64,000 nt of DNA from Malacoraja senta (lineage: Eukaryota): the NCBI GenBank assembly GCA_038087875.1, contig CM075985.1, positions 18,848,001-18,912,000 of the forward strand, in the 5' to 3' direction. Below the pieces are notes generated by a model. That model did not search any database. It was not told the origin of the DNA and worked only from the letters and a program-made list of their open reading frames with translations. Position 1 is the first letter of the stretch. Each line of letters starts with the position of its first letter. Shown piece after piece: positions 24,638-35,525 of this stretch. The position numbers and the translations under genes are program-made.

Positions 24638-24947
24638 CCCTCAGCCCTCGGGCTGTCTCCTCCCATCCCTCAGCCCTTGGGCTCCTCCTCTGCCTATTTC
24701 CTTTCTTCTCCCCACCCCCCCATCAGTCTGAAGAAGGGTTTCAGCCCGAAAAGTTGCCTATTTCCTTCGCTCCATAGATGCTGCTGCACCCGCTGAGTTT
24801 CTCCAGCATTTTTGTGTACCTTGGATGAAAGTCTTTGGGAACTTCTGCTGACACCAATACATTTCACTTGATCACTTTTTTTTATTTTTTCCTCTTCCTT
24901 GAAGCTAGAGGAATGTCTTCAAGGCAAAAGATCTTTAAAACTTAAGC

Positions 24948-25081
24948 GTGTGGGAAAGAACTGCATACGCTGGTTTAAATCGAATGTAGACACAAAATGC
25001 TGGAGTAACTCAGTGGGACAAGCAGCATCTCTGGAGAGAAGGAATGGGCGATGTTTTAGGTCGAGACCCTTCTTCAGACTG
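24948..25081 (-). mobile_element. 134-bp pLTR mini-element with 10-bp TSD
   Basis: AAACTTAAGC at 24938-24947 and 25082-25091. Confidence 0.8.
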
Positions 25082-25273
25082 AAACTTAAGCACTTGGTGG
25101 GCTTGATCATTTAAAGTACAGTGTTTCCAATTTTCAGTTGACATCAAACCAATTTACTGCCTGCAGGATGTTGTCTTGTATGTTTCCTCCCACACTCTAG
25201 ACATTGGCTCCAAAAAGCCTCTCCAGACTAGAAAGGCCCCATATTTCCATCAAGCATATTTCCATCAGGTTCA

Positions 25274-26096
25274 GTGGGCGGCGCGACTCTCGTCAGCAGC
25301 AGCCTCTGCAGTCGGTCTGTCTTTTCTATGTAGTTTTTGTTGGGGGTTTTTTGTCGGGGTATGTGTGTGGGGGGGTGGGGGCGGGGAACTTTAGGGTCTT
25401 TCCCCTGCACGGGAGACCCGACCTTTTCTTTGTCGGGTCTCCGTTGTCGTTGGGGCTGGGCAACGTGGAGCGGCCTCCAGCAGGAACGACCTGGGGCTCC
25501 AGTTGCGGAGCTGCGGACTACTCACCGTCGCGGGGCTGGCCGAGTCCGGAGCGGGTGGAGCTGTGGTGGAGCGCTGCTGCGACCCGACCCCCGGAGATTC
25601 GGAGGTTACAACCGCGGGTCTGGCGGACGGCAACACCGGAAGCCCGCGGGTCCCTGGTGGGAGACCGCTTTTCGGGGCTTCCGCAGCGGCGACTTCTCCC
25701 ACCCGAGTTGCGGGTTGAGGAGCACCTGGAGCGGGGCTTGGAATGGCCGCGGGACTTTGCGAGCGCGCACCGGGGCTCTAACACCAAGACCCGGTGCGCG
25801 ACCTTGCATCGCCCGGCGTGGCTTTAATGGCCGCGGGATAATCACCATCGCCCGCCGGGGGCTTTGACTTTGACTTTGACTCTGACATCGGAGGGGGGAG
25901 TGCAGTGGAGAGATAAGGTTTTTTTTGCCTTCCATCACAGCGCTGTGATGGATGTATGTGTAAATTGTGTTGTGTCTCGGGTCTTTTTCATTTTGCAATG
26001 TATGGCTGCAGAAACGACATTTCGTTTGGACCTCAACGGGGTCCAAATGACAAATAAATTGTATTGTATTGTATTGTATTGTATTGTATTGTATTG
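25274..26096 (+). mobile_element. GC-rich ~830-bp non-coding retroposon (LINE-tail dependent), copy 1
   Basis: 5' GTGGGCGGCGCG…CTGCAGTC, two 3' hairpins, AATAAA, (TTGTA)n tail; homologous copies elsewhere in the window. Confidence 0.75.
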
Positions 26097-26418
26097 CATG
26101 CAGCACTGCTCCCGTTGTGGAAAGGGTAAAGATCATGCTGCCCAACTATTTTCACGTCTTGGGCATTTTAAAGCAACTATCTATATTCTGGCCACAGTAA
26201 AAAACATTTCCTATTTCTAAAGGTACTAAAACAGTTCCACAACAGAAACAGAAGTAAATAAAATTGTCTTGAAGGCTATGTCCTCTCCCTTGTAGAATTA
26301 AGCATGAGTGTACCAACAAGATGTGAAATTCTTGATCGATCTAGTCTCTATCCCACAGCGCAGAAGGCATAATTCTGCATAAAGTTTATTTAGTCAGAGG
26401 GTGGTAAATCTGTGGAAT

Positions 26419-28021
26419 TCATTGCCACAATCAGCTGTGGAGGCCAAGTCACTGAATATTTTAAAGGCAGAGATTGACTGATTCTTGGTCAGTATGGGTG
26501 TCAAGGGTTATTGGGGGATGGCAGGAGAATGGAGTTGAGAAGGAAAGATAGATCAGCCATGACTGAATGGCGGAGTAGACTTGATGAACAAAATGGCCTA
26601 ATTCTGCTCCGAGAATTTATGAATAAAGCCCAAACAGTTCTTCACAGTAGATTTCCCTCACAGCATCTTACCCTTAAAATATCGTTACTAAATAAAATGA
26701 CTGTATTCATGATGGCAAGAGACAATGGATCAGTGCAATATCTTATTGCAAAGGTCATATCAGTAACCTGATAGGAGAACGAACGCTGGTTACTAGGTTA
26801 AATATCTCCGGAATCCTTTTCTCAAGGCCAGGCACTAGTTACAACAACATCAAGGAAATCAACGAAAAATGGGCAAGAGATGACAAACTTAAAAAAGGAA
26901 ATCACAAATTGCCAATCATTATTGTTCCCTTCATTATCAGTGCTTGTTGGAATCATTTCAATGCTTGCACTCTGCTTATGTGCAGTGCTTCATGTTTGTA
27001 GCGGGTTGCCTTAGAGAAATGAGAAATAAATGTATAGCTGGTATCTGTGGTTCCATGTCCCCACCCTCTTACACCAGTAATTTTACAAATTATAAATAAT
27101 TTACTGTGGCATTGCTCATAAATAAAAGATAAGAACTTAACTTTGGGCTGGGTTTTGCAGTGGGGCGGAAGCGATCACAGTCCCTTTGACGTTGACAAAA
27201 GCCACTCTTTGGTGACGTCAGTCGCTATCATGTCACGGGAATCCTGGCACGCAGGTACAGTGATGTCTTCAAGCTGGCTGAGCAGCAAATTCCATTGAAG
27301 AATTCTCACAGACAGTAAACCAGGATGGAAAAAACAACCTTTAGCCAATACCACAAGTATTTAACATAGTGTCAAGCAAAGATGGGAGTGCACAATCATG
27401 GCGATATTCATATTTGCCATCTTATTTGGCTGTCACTCTCATTCCCTACATGGTCTTGTATTTTTTTTCTATCAGTTAATTCAACATCTCTTTTCTCCAC
27501 AAGTTTTCTTTCTCAAAATGTCCTCACTATTTTCATCTTTCACTATCCGATGAACACATTTTCTGCATTTCTCTCACTTTCTTTCCATCTGCTCTCTATT
27601 GCATCTTACACGTTATTCTTATCACATTGACTCGAACAATGGTTTGTGACTTGGAATTTCAATAATTCCAAAAGCGTGTTGATCCTATTTGTCCAGAACT
27701 AAGAAGCAATAAGAAATAGGTCCTGGAGGGTAGTGAGTATAGGACTGAAGATAGGAGAACTGATTACAATACAAATACAATACAATACAATACGGTTTTA
27801 TTCGTCACATTGCACATAAAGTGCAAGTGAAATGAATTTACCAGCAGCGGTACAATGATAAAGAACACACAATACACAATAAAAATTTACACAAACATCC
27901 ACCACAGCATTCATCACTGTGGTGGAAGGCACAAAATTTGGCCAGTCCTCCTCCATTATCCCCCGTGGTCGGGACCTCAACCCTCCGCAGCCGTCGCTGC
28001 GGGCATCCAGATGAGTGAAAG
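26419..28021 (+). repeat. Donor copy of the 1.6-kb duplication
   Basis: The CR1 tail at its left end and the GC-rich element at its right end continue beyond the duplicated boundaries, marking this as the original. Confidence 0.9.
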
Positions 28022-28643
28022 TCCAGGTAACTCCTGAAAAACGGTGCCTCCCCCACCGCAGACCGCGGCTTCAGGTTGGTGTAGGCCGCAGGCCGGCGGT
28101 CGAAGATTTAAAGTCCCCGCCGCGCCGTAGCCAGAAGCACCATGGACCGCAGGGCTGGCGATCGAAGCTCCCCTCCAGGGGTGATGGTAAGTCCACGCCG
28201 GGCCCGCAGTAGAAGTAGGCCACGGGCCAGCAGTGGTGGCTTCTTCTGCTCCCGGATCCCCCGCGAGGGATCCCGGGCTGCGGACGCCGCGCCAGCTGGA
28301 GCTCTGCAGACCGCGACTTCAGGCTGCCGCGGGCCAGCGAAACGGAGCACTCCCCTCTGGCGAGCCCCAGCGAGGGCTCGCCTGCTCCACGCCGAGAGTC
28401 CACGCTGCGCCCACCGCTGAAGCCCCAGGCGTGTCTCAGGGAAAGGCCGCCCGATCCTTGATGTTAGGCCACGGGGGGAGCGACCTGGATAAAGTCGCCT
28501 CTCCGTGGAGGAGGCGACCGAAGCGGTTTCCCCCTTACCCCCCCACACCACCCCCCACACAAAACGTACAAAGAAACATTATAAACAGACTTTAAAACAT
28601 ACTAAAAAAAATTAAAAAGCAGAAAAAACGGACACGCTGCTGA
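27765..28643 (-). mobile_element. GC-rich retroposon, divergent subfamily
   Basis: (TACAA)n tail, shared hairpins and T-rich/G-run 5' region; its 3' 260 bp are duplicated at 21546-21803. Confidence 0.7.
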
Positions 28644-28739
28644 CTAGAATGGTCTACTATCATAGACAGGTGACACTTGCCAGCACTATTACATTGAAGT
28701 TAAAACCCAATTGGAACATCCATAATGTTCAACCAGCCA

Positions 28740-29048
28740 GGGTGGCAAGATGGCGCAGCGGTCGAGTTGCTACCTTGGCGCCAGAGTCCGGGGTTCGATC
28801 CTGACTACGGGTGCTTGTCTGTACAGAGTTTATAGTTCTCCCCGTGACCTGCGTGGGTTTTCTCCGAGATTCGGTTTCCTCCCACACTCCAGACGTACAC
28901 GTTTCTAGGTTAATTGGCTTGGCATAAATGTTAATTGTCCCTAGTGTGTGTAGGATAATGCTGGTATGTGGAGATCGGCGGGCGGTGCAGACTCGCTGGG
29001 CCGAAGGGCCTGTTTCCACACTGTATCTCTAAACTAAACTAATCTAAA
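28740..29048 (+). mobile_element. V-SINE (HE1-like)
   Basis: Same consensus. Confidence 0.85.
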
Positions 29049-29973
29049 ACCAATGCAACTTGTCTGGGTGAGAATGAAACCCAGAGCTTGGAGCTGGAGA
29101 CAAGCAAAGTTCACTTGAGTTGAGAGAGAATAGTTTCCCACGGAATTCGAAGGTCTAGATGCCTGAAGCTAGTTGAACAATGACAGGGTTGAAGGAGGAA
29201 CTGGTCAGGGGAAGTGAGACAAGGAGGGGAGTTGACAGGAATGAGTGATGAGAACATTGGGACTGCCATATGAACATTTTGAGGCTGGGGCTCATACGTG
29301 GTCTGAGAGGAGGTGCTGGGTCCAAATTCAATCAACCGACTTTATAAAGAACAACAACTATCGGAACTAACTATTTTCTTGAGAAAGAGAAGTGGGTCAT
29401 TTATTTCTTGATAATGCCAGGCAGGTGAAGTTCTGTTGTGCCTGATTCAATGTTTGTGGAAACGGGTGACTTTTACCTTATCTGTAATGCAGCGAGAAAG
29501 AGTGAATCTTTTCGAGAAGGAGAGGTTGGGGTAGGAAGTCTAGCCTCATTCTCTTTCTGATCTAATTCTGATCTCACTGTTTCCACCTAAATCCCACTTT
29601 CCTTGCTATCCTTACCTAAAATGGCCATCCCAGGATATCTTGGAGGATTGGATTTCAGATATCACTATCCTTTGAGTGAAGAAGTCCTTCCTGACATCAC
29701 CCTTGAACAGATTAGCTGTAATTTAGTTGCAATCTCCACAGCGAGAGGAAATGGTTTCTCTCTGTTTACCCTAAGAATCCTTTAATCATCTTAAACACCC
29801 AATTATATCACCCTTAATCTTCTGTTCTTGTGGGACCACAAGCCTAATCCACGTAACCATGCTCATAATTTAACTCATTTATTCCCAATACCATTTAGAT
29901 GAATCTTTATTGCAACTCACCAAAGATAATCTGTTTTTCCTGACGTGTAGTTCACCAAACTGAATACAACAAC

Positions 29974-30235
29974 TTCTTCTTCGGCCCCCCCTCGGTCATG
30001 GCTGACCATGGGTGTCTCCAGGGTTGAAGGACGCCAGTGCGTGACTTTGTTTAATGTGGGGAGACTGGTGCACAGACAGCCACCACACAGTCCTTGACAG
30101 ATCTGGGTCAGGATCCAGTGACATGGAGTCCAAGAGGACCGGAGACCCTTTTCTGCTGCAGCCTTCCCAGCCATTGTGACGCTCCACTAAGGTCAGCCAT
30201 CATCCTCTGCCTGTTCCACCGTTGAGGTCTTGGTT
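29974..30235 (-). mobile_element. Short retroposon with (GAA)n tail, possibly RTE-related
   Basis: GC-richer block ending in GAAGAAGAAG on the - strand, inserted in an old CR1 remnant; family assignment is from memory only. Confidence 0.4.
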
Positions 30236-30716
30236 CCTAAGCAAAGTTATATCCAATTTTAGCTCAAATCTCACTCCTTTGTATTTCAGTTCCAATGCAA
30301 CAAAAATAACATCGGAAATAGGTGCAGGAGTAGGCCATTCGGTCCTTTGAACCAGCACCACCATTCAATATGATCATGGCTGATCATCCAGAATCAGTAC
30401 ACCGTTCCTGCTCTCTCCCCATATCCCTTGATTCCGATAGCCCTAAGAGCTACAATATATAGTTTTTCTTATTATGAGCTGTATCGTATTTATTTCTTTG
30501 CAGGGATATGTAGATTTCTCTCTCTGCAGTCCATAACTTCCATCATTTATTTTAGTATTTGTTTTGTAAATCTGTAGAAGATTATCTTATACTTACCCCA
30601 CACTGAACTTTAATTACCAGTTTTTATCAGTAGTGAGATTATTTTGCAATGATTTGGTTCCAACATGACTGATTTTTATGCCACTTATGGACATCAGCAA
30701 ACTTGGATATGAAACA

Positions 30717-30891
30717 TGCGTAGGAAGGAACTGTGTATGCTGGTTTACACCTAAGATAGACACAAATTGCTGGAGTAACTCAATGGGTCAGGCAGCATCT
30801 CTAGAGAAAAGGAATAGGTAACGCATCGGGTCGAGACCCTTCTTCCGAACTGCCTGACCCGCTGAGTTACTCCATCATTTTGTGTCAATCT
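30717..30891. mobile_element. Miniature fold-back pLTR element with 14-bp TSD (1 mismatch)
   Basis: TTGGATAT[G/A]AAACA at 30703-30716 and 30892-30905; inverted arms. Confidence 0.75.
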
Positions 30892-31605
30892 TTGGATATA
30901 AAACACTCTTTCATCATTTGAGTAATTTCTGACCACGGTGAAAAGAAGCCCCTTATGGTTCTTTACCAGTTATATTCTGGCCACCGGATCATGTAACCAC
31001 GAGATCTACAGTATGTGTGCCTCCTACCTAAATAGACCTTTTGCCTTTTCAAAGGTTTAGCTCCAATTCCATACTGTTTCACGTATCTCAACAGTCTCTC
31101 ACCTGGAACTGAGTTAAATGCCTACTGTAAGTTAAAATAAATAACATCCATGGACATAGGCTTAACTACCATGTTAGATATCTCTACAAAATCTCAGCTT
31201 GGTTTGTTAAACATCACTTACTGTTTATTATTGATGGTCTAAACTCCAAAAGAACTCAGTATTCTAGGAGTGCCTTCACCTCCGTGTTATAATTTATGTA
31301 TCATTTGGCTCAGGTCAATGTGACCTTTCACCATCATAGTGAAAGGCACAATAAATACATGGTGGAGCCAATTTAACAGTGGGGAAGAATGTATTTATAG
31401 AATGTAGCATTGACCTTGGGCTATTTTGCCAAGTCACTCTTTGAACGTTGTCTTATTGCTGTTTACACACATTGCAACATGCACATTGCTCCTGATAGAC
31501 AGCGCACAGTAGAGTTGGCATATTTTAAAAGAAAGAGATAAACTGGTTGAGTGATTTGGGAGAGAAATTCCACAAGGCTGGTCAAACAAAGTAGAAGTGT
31601 TCAGA

Positions 31606-31920
31606 TAGATACATAGATACATAGAAAATAGGTGCAGGAGTAGGCCATTCAGCCCTTCGAGCCTGCACCGCCATTCAATATGATCATGGCTGATCATCCA
31701 ACTCAGTATCCCGTACCTGCCTTCTCTCCATACCCCCTAATCCCTTTAGCTACAAGGGCCACATCTAACTCCCTCTTAAATATAGCCATGAACTGGCCTC
31801 AACTACCCTCTGTGGCAGAGAGTTCCAGAGATTCACCACTCTCTGTGTGAAAATGTTTTTTCTCATCTCGGTCTTAAAGGATTTCCCCCTTATCCTTAAG
31901 CTGTGACCCCTTGTCCTGGA
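31606..31920 (-). mobile_element. CR1 3' fragment, same young family
   Basis: Near-identical to 24084-24400. Confidence 0.88.
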
Positions 31921-33037
31921 TGTTTGCGGTAAACTGATAAAATCAATTACAAAAAGTTGCAAACCAGAAGTGGGAGGGCTTCTGAATGCTGTCTTACTCC
32001 ATATGTAAGTTGTGACAGCCAAAGATAAATATATCTTCCAGACCAAGAGAGATACCCAAGATAAATAGATTTACACTCCATACCATTTTATCAGTCAGTA
32101 TGCCCAGTAATACATGAACAACACAGCACAGAGGTTTTTCAGCCCAACAGCAGCCCATCTTTGGTGTAAACCTACATCAGCAGTTCCTTCCTACTCCTCT
32201 GTCAATGATTATAAAGTCATAGGGTCATACAGCGTGGAAGCAGCCCTTTCGGCCCAACTTGCCCACACTGACCAACAGATCCCATCTACACTAGTACCAC
32301 CTACCTGAGTTTGGCCCTTATCCCTATAACCCTGTTTTGTCCATAGACCTGTCTAACTGCTTCTTAAACATTATGATAGTCCGTACCTCAACTACCTCCT
32401 CTGGCAGCTTGTTCCATACACCCACCATCCTTTGCGTGAAAAAGTTACCTCTCAGATTCCTATTTTTATGTTCTGAACAAGCATTCTCTTATCCTTATTC
32501 TATCTCCATGCGTGAAAATGACCAGATCAGAACTGCTGACTTAGACCATGAAGCTGACATGGGCCAAATGCTGAGAGCAGGGATCACCTGTGTGGGCAGT
32601 ATACAGCTGCAGGCTAATCAACTGCTGTCTGATAATAACTTTCAATATGTTCAAACGTTTTAACATGTGATGGAGGCCAAACATAACTTCCATAGATACA
32701 ATGGTGTCACACTTACATTCAGATATCAGGTACAATTACATGGTCACAAGGGATTTGGCTTGGATGGAAAAAATTTAAACATCAACATTTTCCTACACCT
32801 GTTCTCTCGTTTGAAACCCGTTAACTATATTTCGATATAAAATGTCATGTGTAAACAAATACTTCAATCCTGCAGTACTTTTCTAATTGTTTATAATTCA
32901 ATAGTTTCTGACCATGGAACCTTTTATAACTGCTGTATTGTAAATTTTGTAGACAGTTGGAACCAAAGAGGTATAGATACATTCTCTCTGTATTTCTTCT
33001 CTATCTACCTCTCCACCCCACACCACCCATCACTTGC

Positions 33038-33196
33038 NNNNNNNNNNNNNNNNNNNNNNNNNNNNNNNNNNNNNNNNNNNNNNNNNNNNNNNNNNNNNNN
33101 NNNNNNNNNNNNNNNNNNNNNNNNNNNNNNNNNNNNNNNNNNNNNNNNNNNNNNNNNNNNNNNNNNNNNNNNNNNNNNNNNNNNNNNNNNNNNNNN
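33038..33196. other. Assembly gap (159 N)
   Basis: Run of N flanked by pyrimidine-rich low-complexity sequence. Confidence 1.
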
Positions 33197-33253
33197 TGGC
33201 TCTTTCTCTCAGCCTAACTCTTTCTCTCTATTTAACTCTTTCTCTCTATTTAA

Positions 33254-34388
33254 AGGGCCTATCCCACTTAGGCGACTTCTTTGGCGAGTGCAGGAGACAC
33301 TGCGCTCGCCACATGGTCGCAGGTGGTCTCCTTCATGGTCGGGAGGAGTTCCCACATTCTGGGAACTAGTCGCGGCCTCAGTATGGTTGCCAAAAAATTT
33401 TCAACATGTTGAAACATTTTCTGCGACCAGAAATTGGTCGCCATGGAGAAAATCGATACTTTTGTAGTCGTAAGTAATCGTAGGTAATCGTAGGTAGTCG
33501 TAGGTAGTCTTAGTTAATTGCTTTTGCGGTCATTTTCATTGGCTCATTGATTTTAAAAATGTATGTAAACAGCAGCACGTGATGCGCTGTCATTCCAGTG
33601 CGGTCATTGCTCAATTTTACTTTCACTGGATCAGACGGTGTGAGACATGGTTCCGAGGAGAAGGCTTCAGCGCAGGGGCAGAGCACAATCCGCAACACCA
33701 CCCACCAGGCTGTTATCAACATTTGTTTGTTTATAAGACTTTTGTATGTTTCATTACCAATAAAGGAAATCCCTGAATTTTTAACCTCAAATTGATGTAT
33801 GAATATCATTCTTTTTCGCAGTAGTCCCTCATGTCATCACTTATATCTCATATTTCATTTCTCATATATTTAGATCATTGAAACACACACAAACGCAAGG
33901 AAGGAATGCACTGTATTTAAAGTTTGACTTTTCACATTTATTTTGATGAAGAAAACAAACACAAGCATTTCAAATGCACTGCATTTAAAAGAACATTTTT
34001 ATACATTTGATAAATCTAACTGATTTATCGAATACACTGTATATACACTGAATTTAAAAGAACATATTTGAAAAATCTAACTTCATTTTTTTAGGTGATT
34101 TTACGACTATAGTCATAGCCAGTCGTAGCTTGTCGTAGCTTGCTTTCTGTGATTGTAGTCGTCTGTAAGTTGAAGGGGGTCGTCTTCAGTCCCCACTATT
34201 GGGTTGCCAATTGTCACGAGTGCATCGGCGATTAAGTCGTAGATAGTCGTAGCTTGTCCTACATGGTCGTAGGATGTCTTCTACATAATCGTAGGATGTG
34301 TTTGATACATTCAATTTTTCGGCAATTCAACAAGACTATGACAGTCGCCTGCACTTGCAAAAGAAGTCGCTTAAGTGGGACAGGCCCT
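33254..34388. mobile_element. Non-autonomous PIF/Harbinger-type DNA transposon
   Basis: ~45-bp imperfect TIRs AGGGCCTRTCCCACTTARGCGACTTCTTT…, TAA on both sides (33251-33253, 34389-34391), internal GTAGTCGTAG repeats, no transposase. Confidence 0.8.
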
Positions 34389-35182
34389 TAATTCTTTCTC
34401 TGTCTATCTCTTTCACAAGAAAAAGACTGTTTCACTTTCAATTGTATCTAAGTGCTCTGTATAAGTTGTTGTATAAATGCAGGCCAATAGGTCTTCAATG
34501 TCAGTTATACAAAGCAGCTGCTGATGTCTTAAATGACCATCCCTCTGAATGCACATGCTTCCTTCTACTTTGTGTTGAATGTTGTTGTTTTTTCTTTTGG
34601 GAGAGGTCAACCATGCTAACAGTGATGAAAGTGGACATCCACATGCTATTTCAAAAGTTCTTGAATGCTCGCTTGAAATATTGTAACCCACAAAGATACT
34701 CAGCAGGAACTGAGAAATTGGATTAAGTTGGATTGATCTTCTTTGGCAGGTATTGATGCAAAGAGCTTCATTTTATGCAACAAATTTCCAGAATTACATC
34801 TGCTTCCATTGGGAATGATTAGCACACATAACCATCAGTTGTGTAACAAAAACAGAAAATACTGTTAACACCTAGCAGGTCAGGCAGCATCTGCAGAAAG
34901 AAAAACAAAGTCAATGTTTCAGGTCGAGGATGAAAAGTCATTGACCTGAAAGTTTCTCTGTTACTCTTTCTACAGCTGCTGCATGATCTGTTAAACACTT
35001 CCAAAATTTTCTATTGTTGTTTACGCGTGAGCATCTGCATTTTTTTTATTATCAGGACCTTGCTTGGTTCACTTCCTAAAAAAAGGAAGGACTCTAAGAT
35101 ATCTCTATGTGAAGCACCATGCATAAGTGAGAAAGAGTTAGTTACTATAGGTGCTGTGAAGCAAGTAAGGGAATATGCAGGA

Positions 35183-35525
35183 ATTAGTTTAGTTTTGTTT
35201 ATTTTATTGTCATGTGTACCGAGGTACAGAGAAAAGCTTTTTGTTGCGTGCTAACCAGTCAGCAGAAAGACAATACATGATTATAATCAATCTATTTACA
35301 GTGTATAGATACATGATAATAGAATAACGTTTAGTGCAAGGTAAAGCCAGCAAGGATAGTCCGGGGGTCATCAAAGAGGTAGATAGTAGTTCAGCACTGC
35401 TCTCTGATTGTGGTAGGATGATTCAGTTGCCTGATAACAACTGGGAAGAAACTGGTGGTGTGTTTTCACACTTCTATACCTTTTGGCTGATGGGAGAGGG
35501 CTGACGAGGGAGTGGCCAGGGAACG
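35183..35525 (-). mobile_element. Rex1/Babar-like LINE 3' end (similar at 36920-37025 on -, 56465-56772 on +)
   Basis: FFPVVIRQLN-like remnant; TGTACCTCGGTACA hairpin, GACAATAAA and (AAACT)n tail. Confidence 0.6.

Larger units (their letters stand above)
18617..24820. mobile_element. Composite fold-back Penelope-like element insertion (two arms, 3' ends outward) with 16-bp TSD
   Basis: TTGGATGAAAGTCTTT at 18601-18616 and 24821-24836. Left arm is the reverse complement of the right arm; 382-bp unpaired spacer at 22049-22430. Confidence 0.9.

Noticed and set aside
25204-26145. 150-200 aa ORFs on both strands (also 28071-28595, 38474-38991, 48133-48504, 15586-16276)
   Set aside because: GC-rich repeat interiors; frames are not conserved between copies and show no recognisable domains
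32847-33467. ORFs of 86-206 aa
   Set aside because: Artefacts of reading through the N gap
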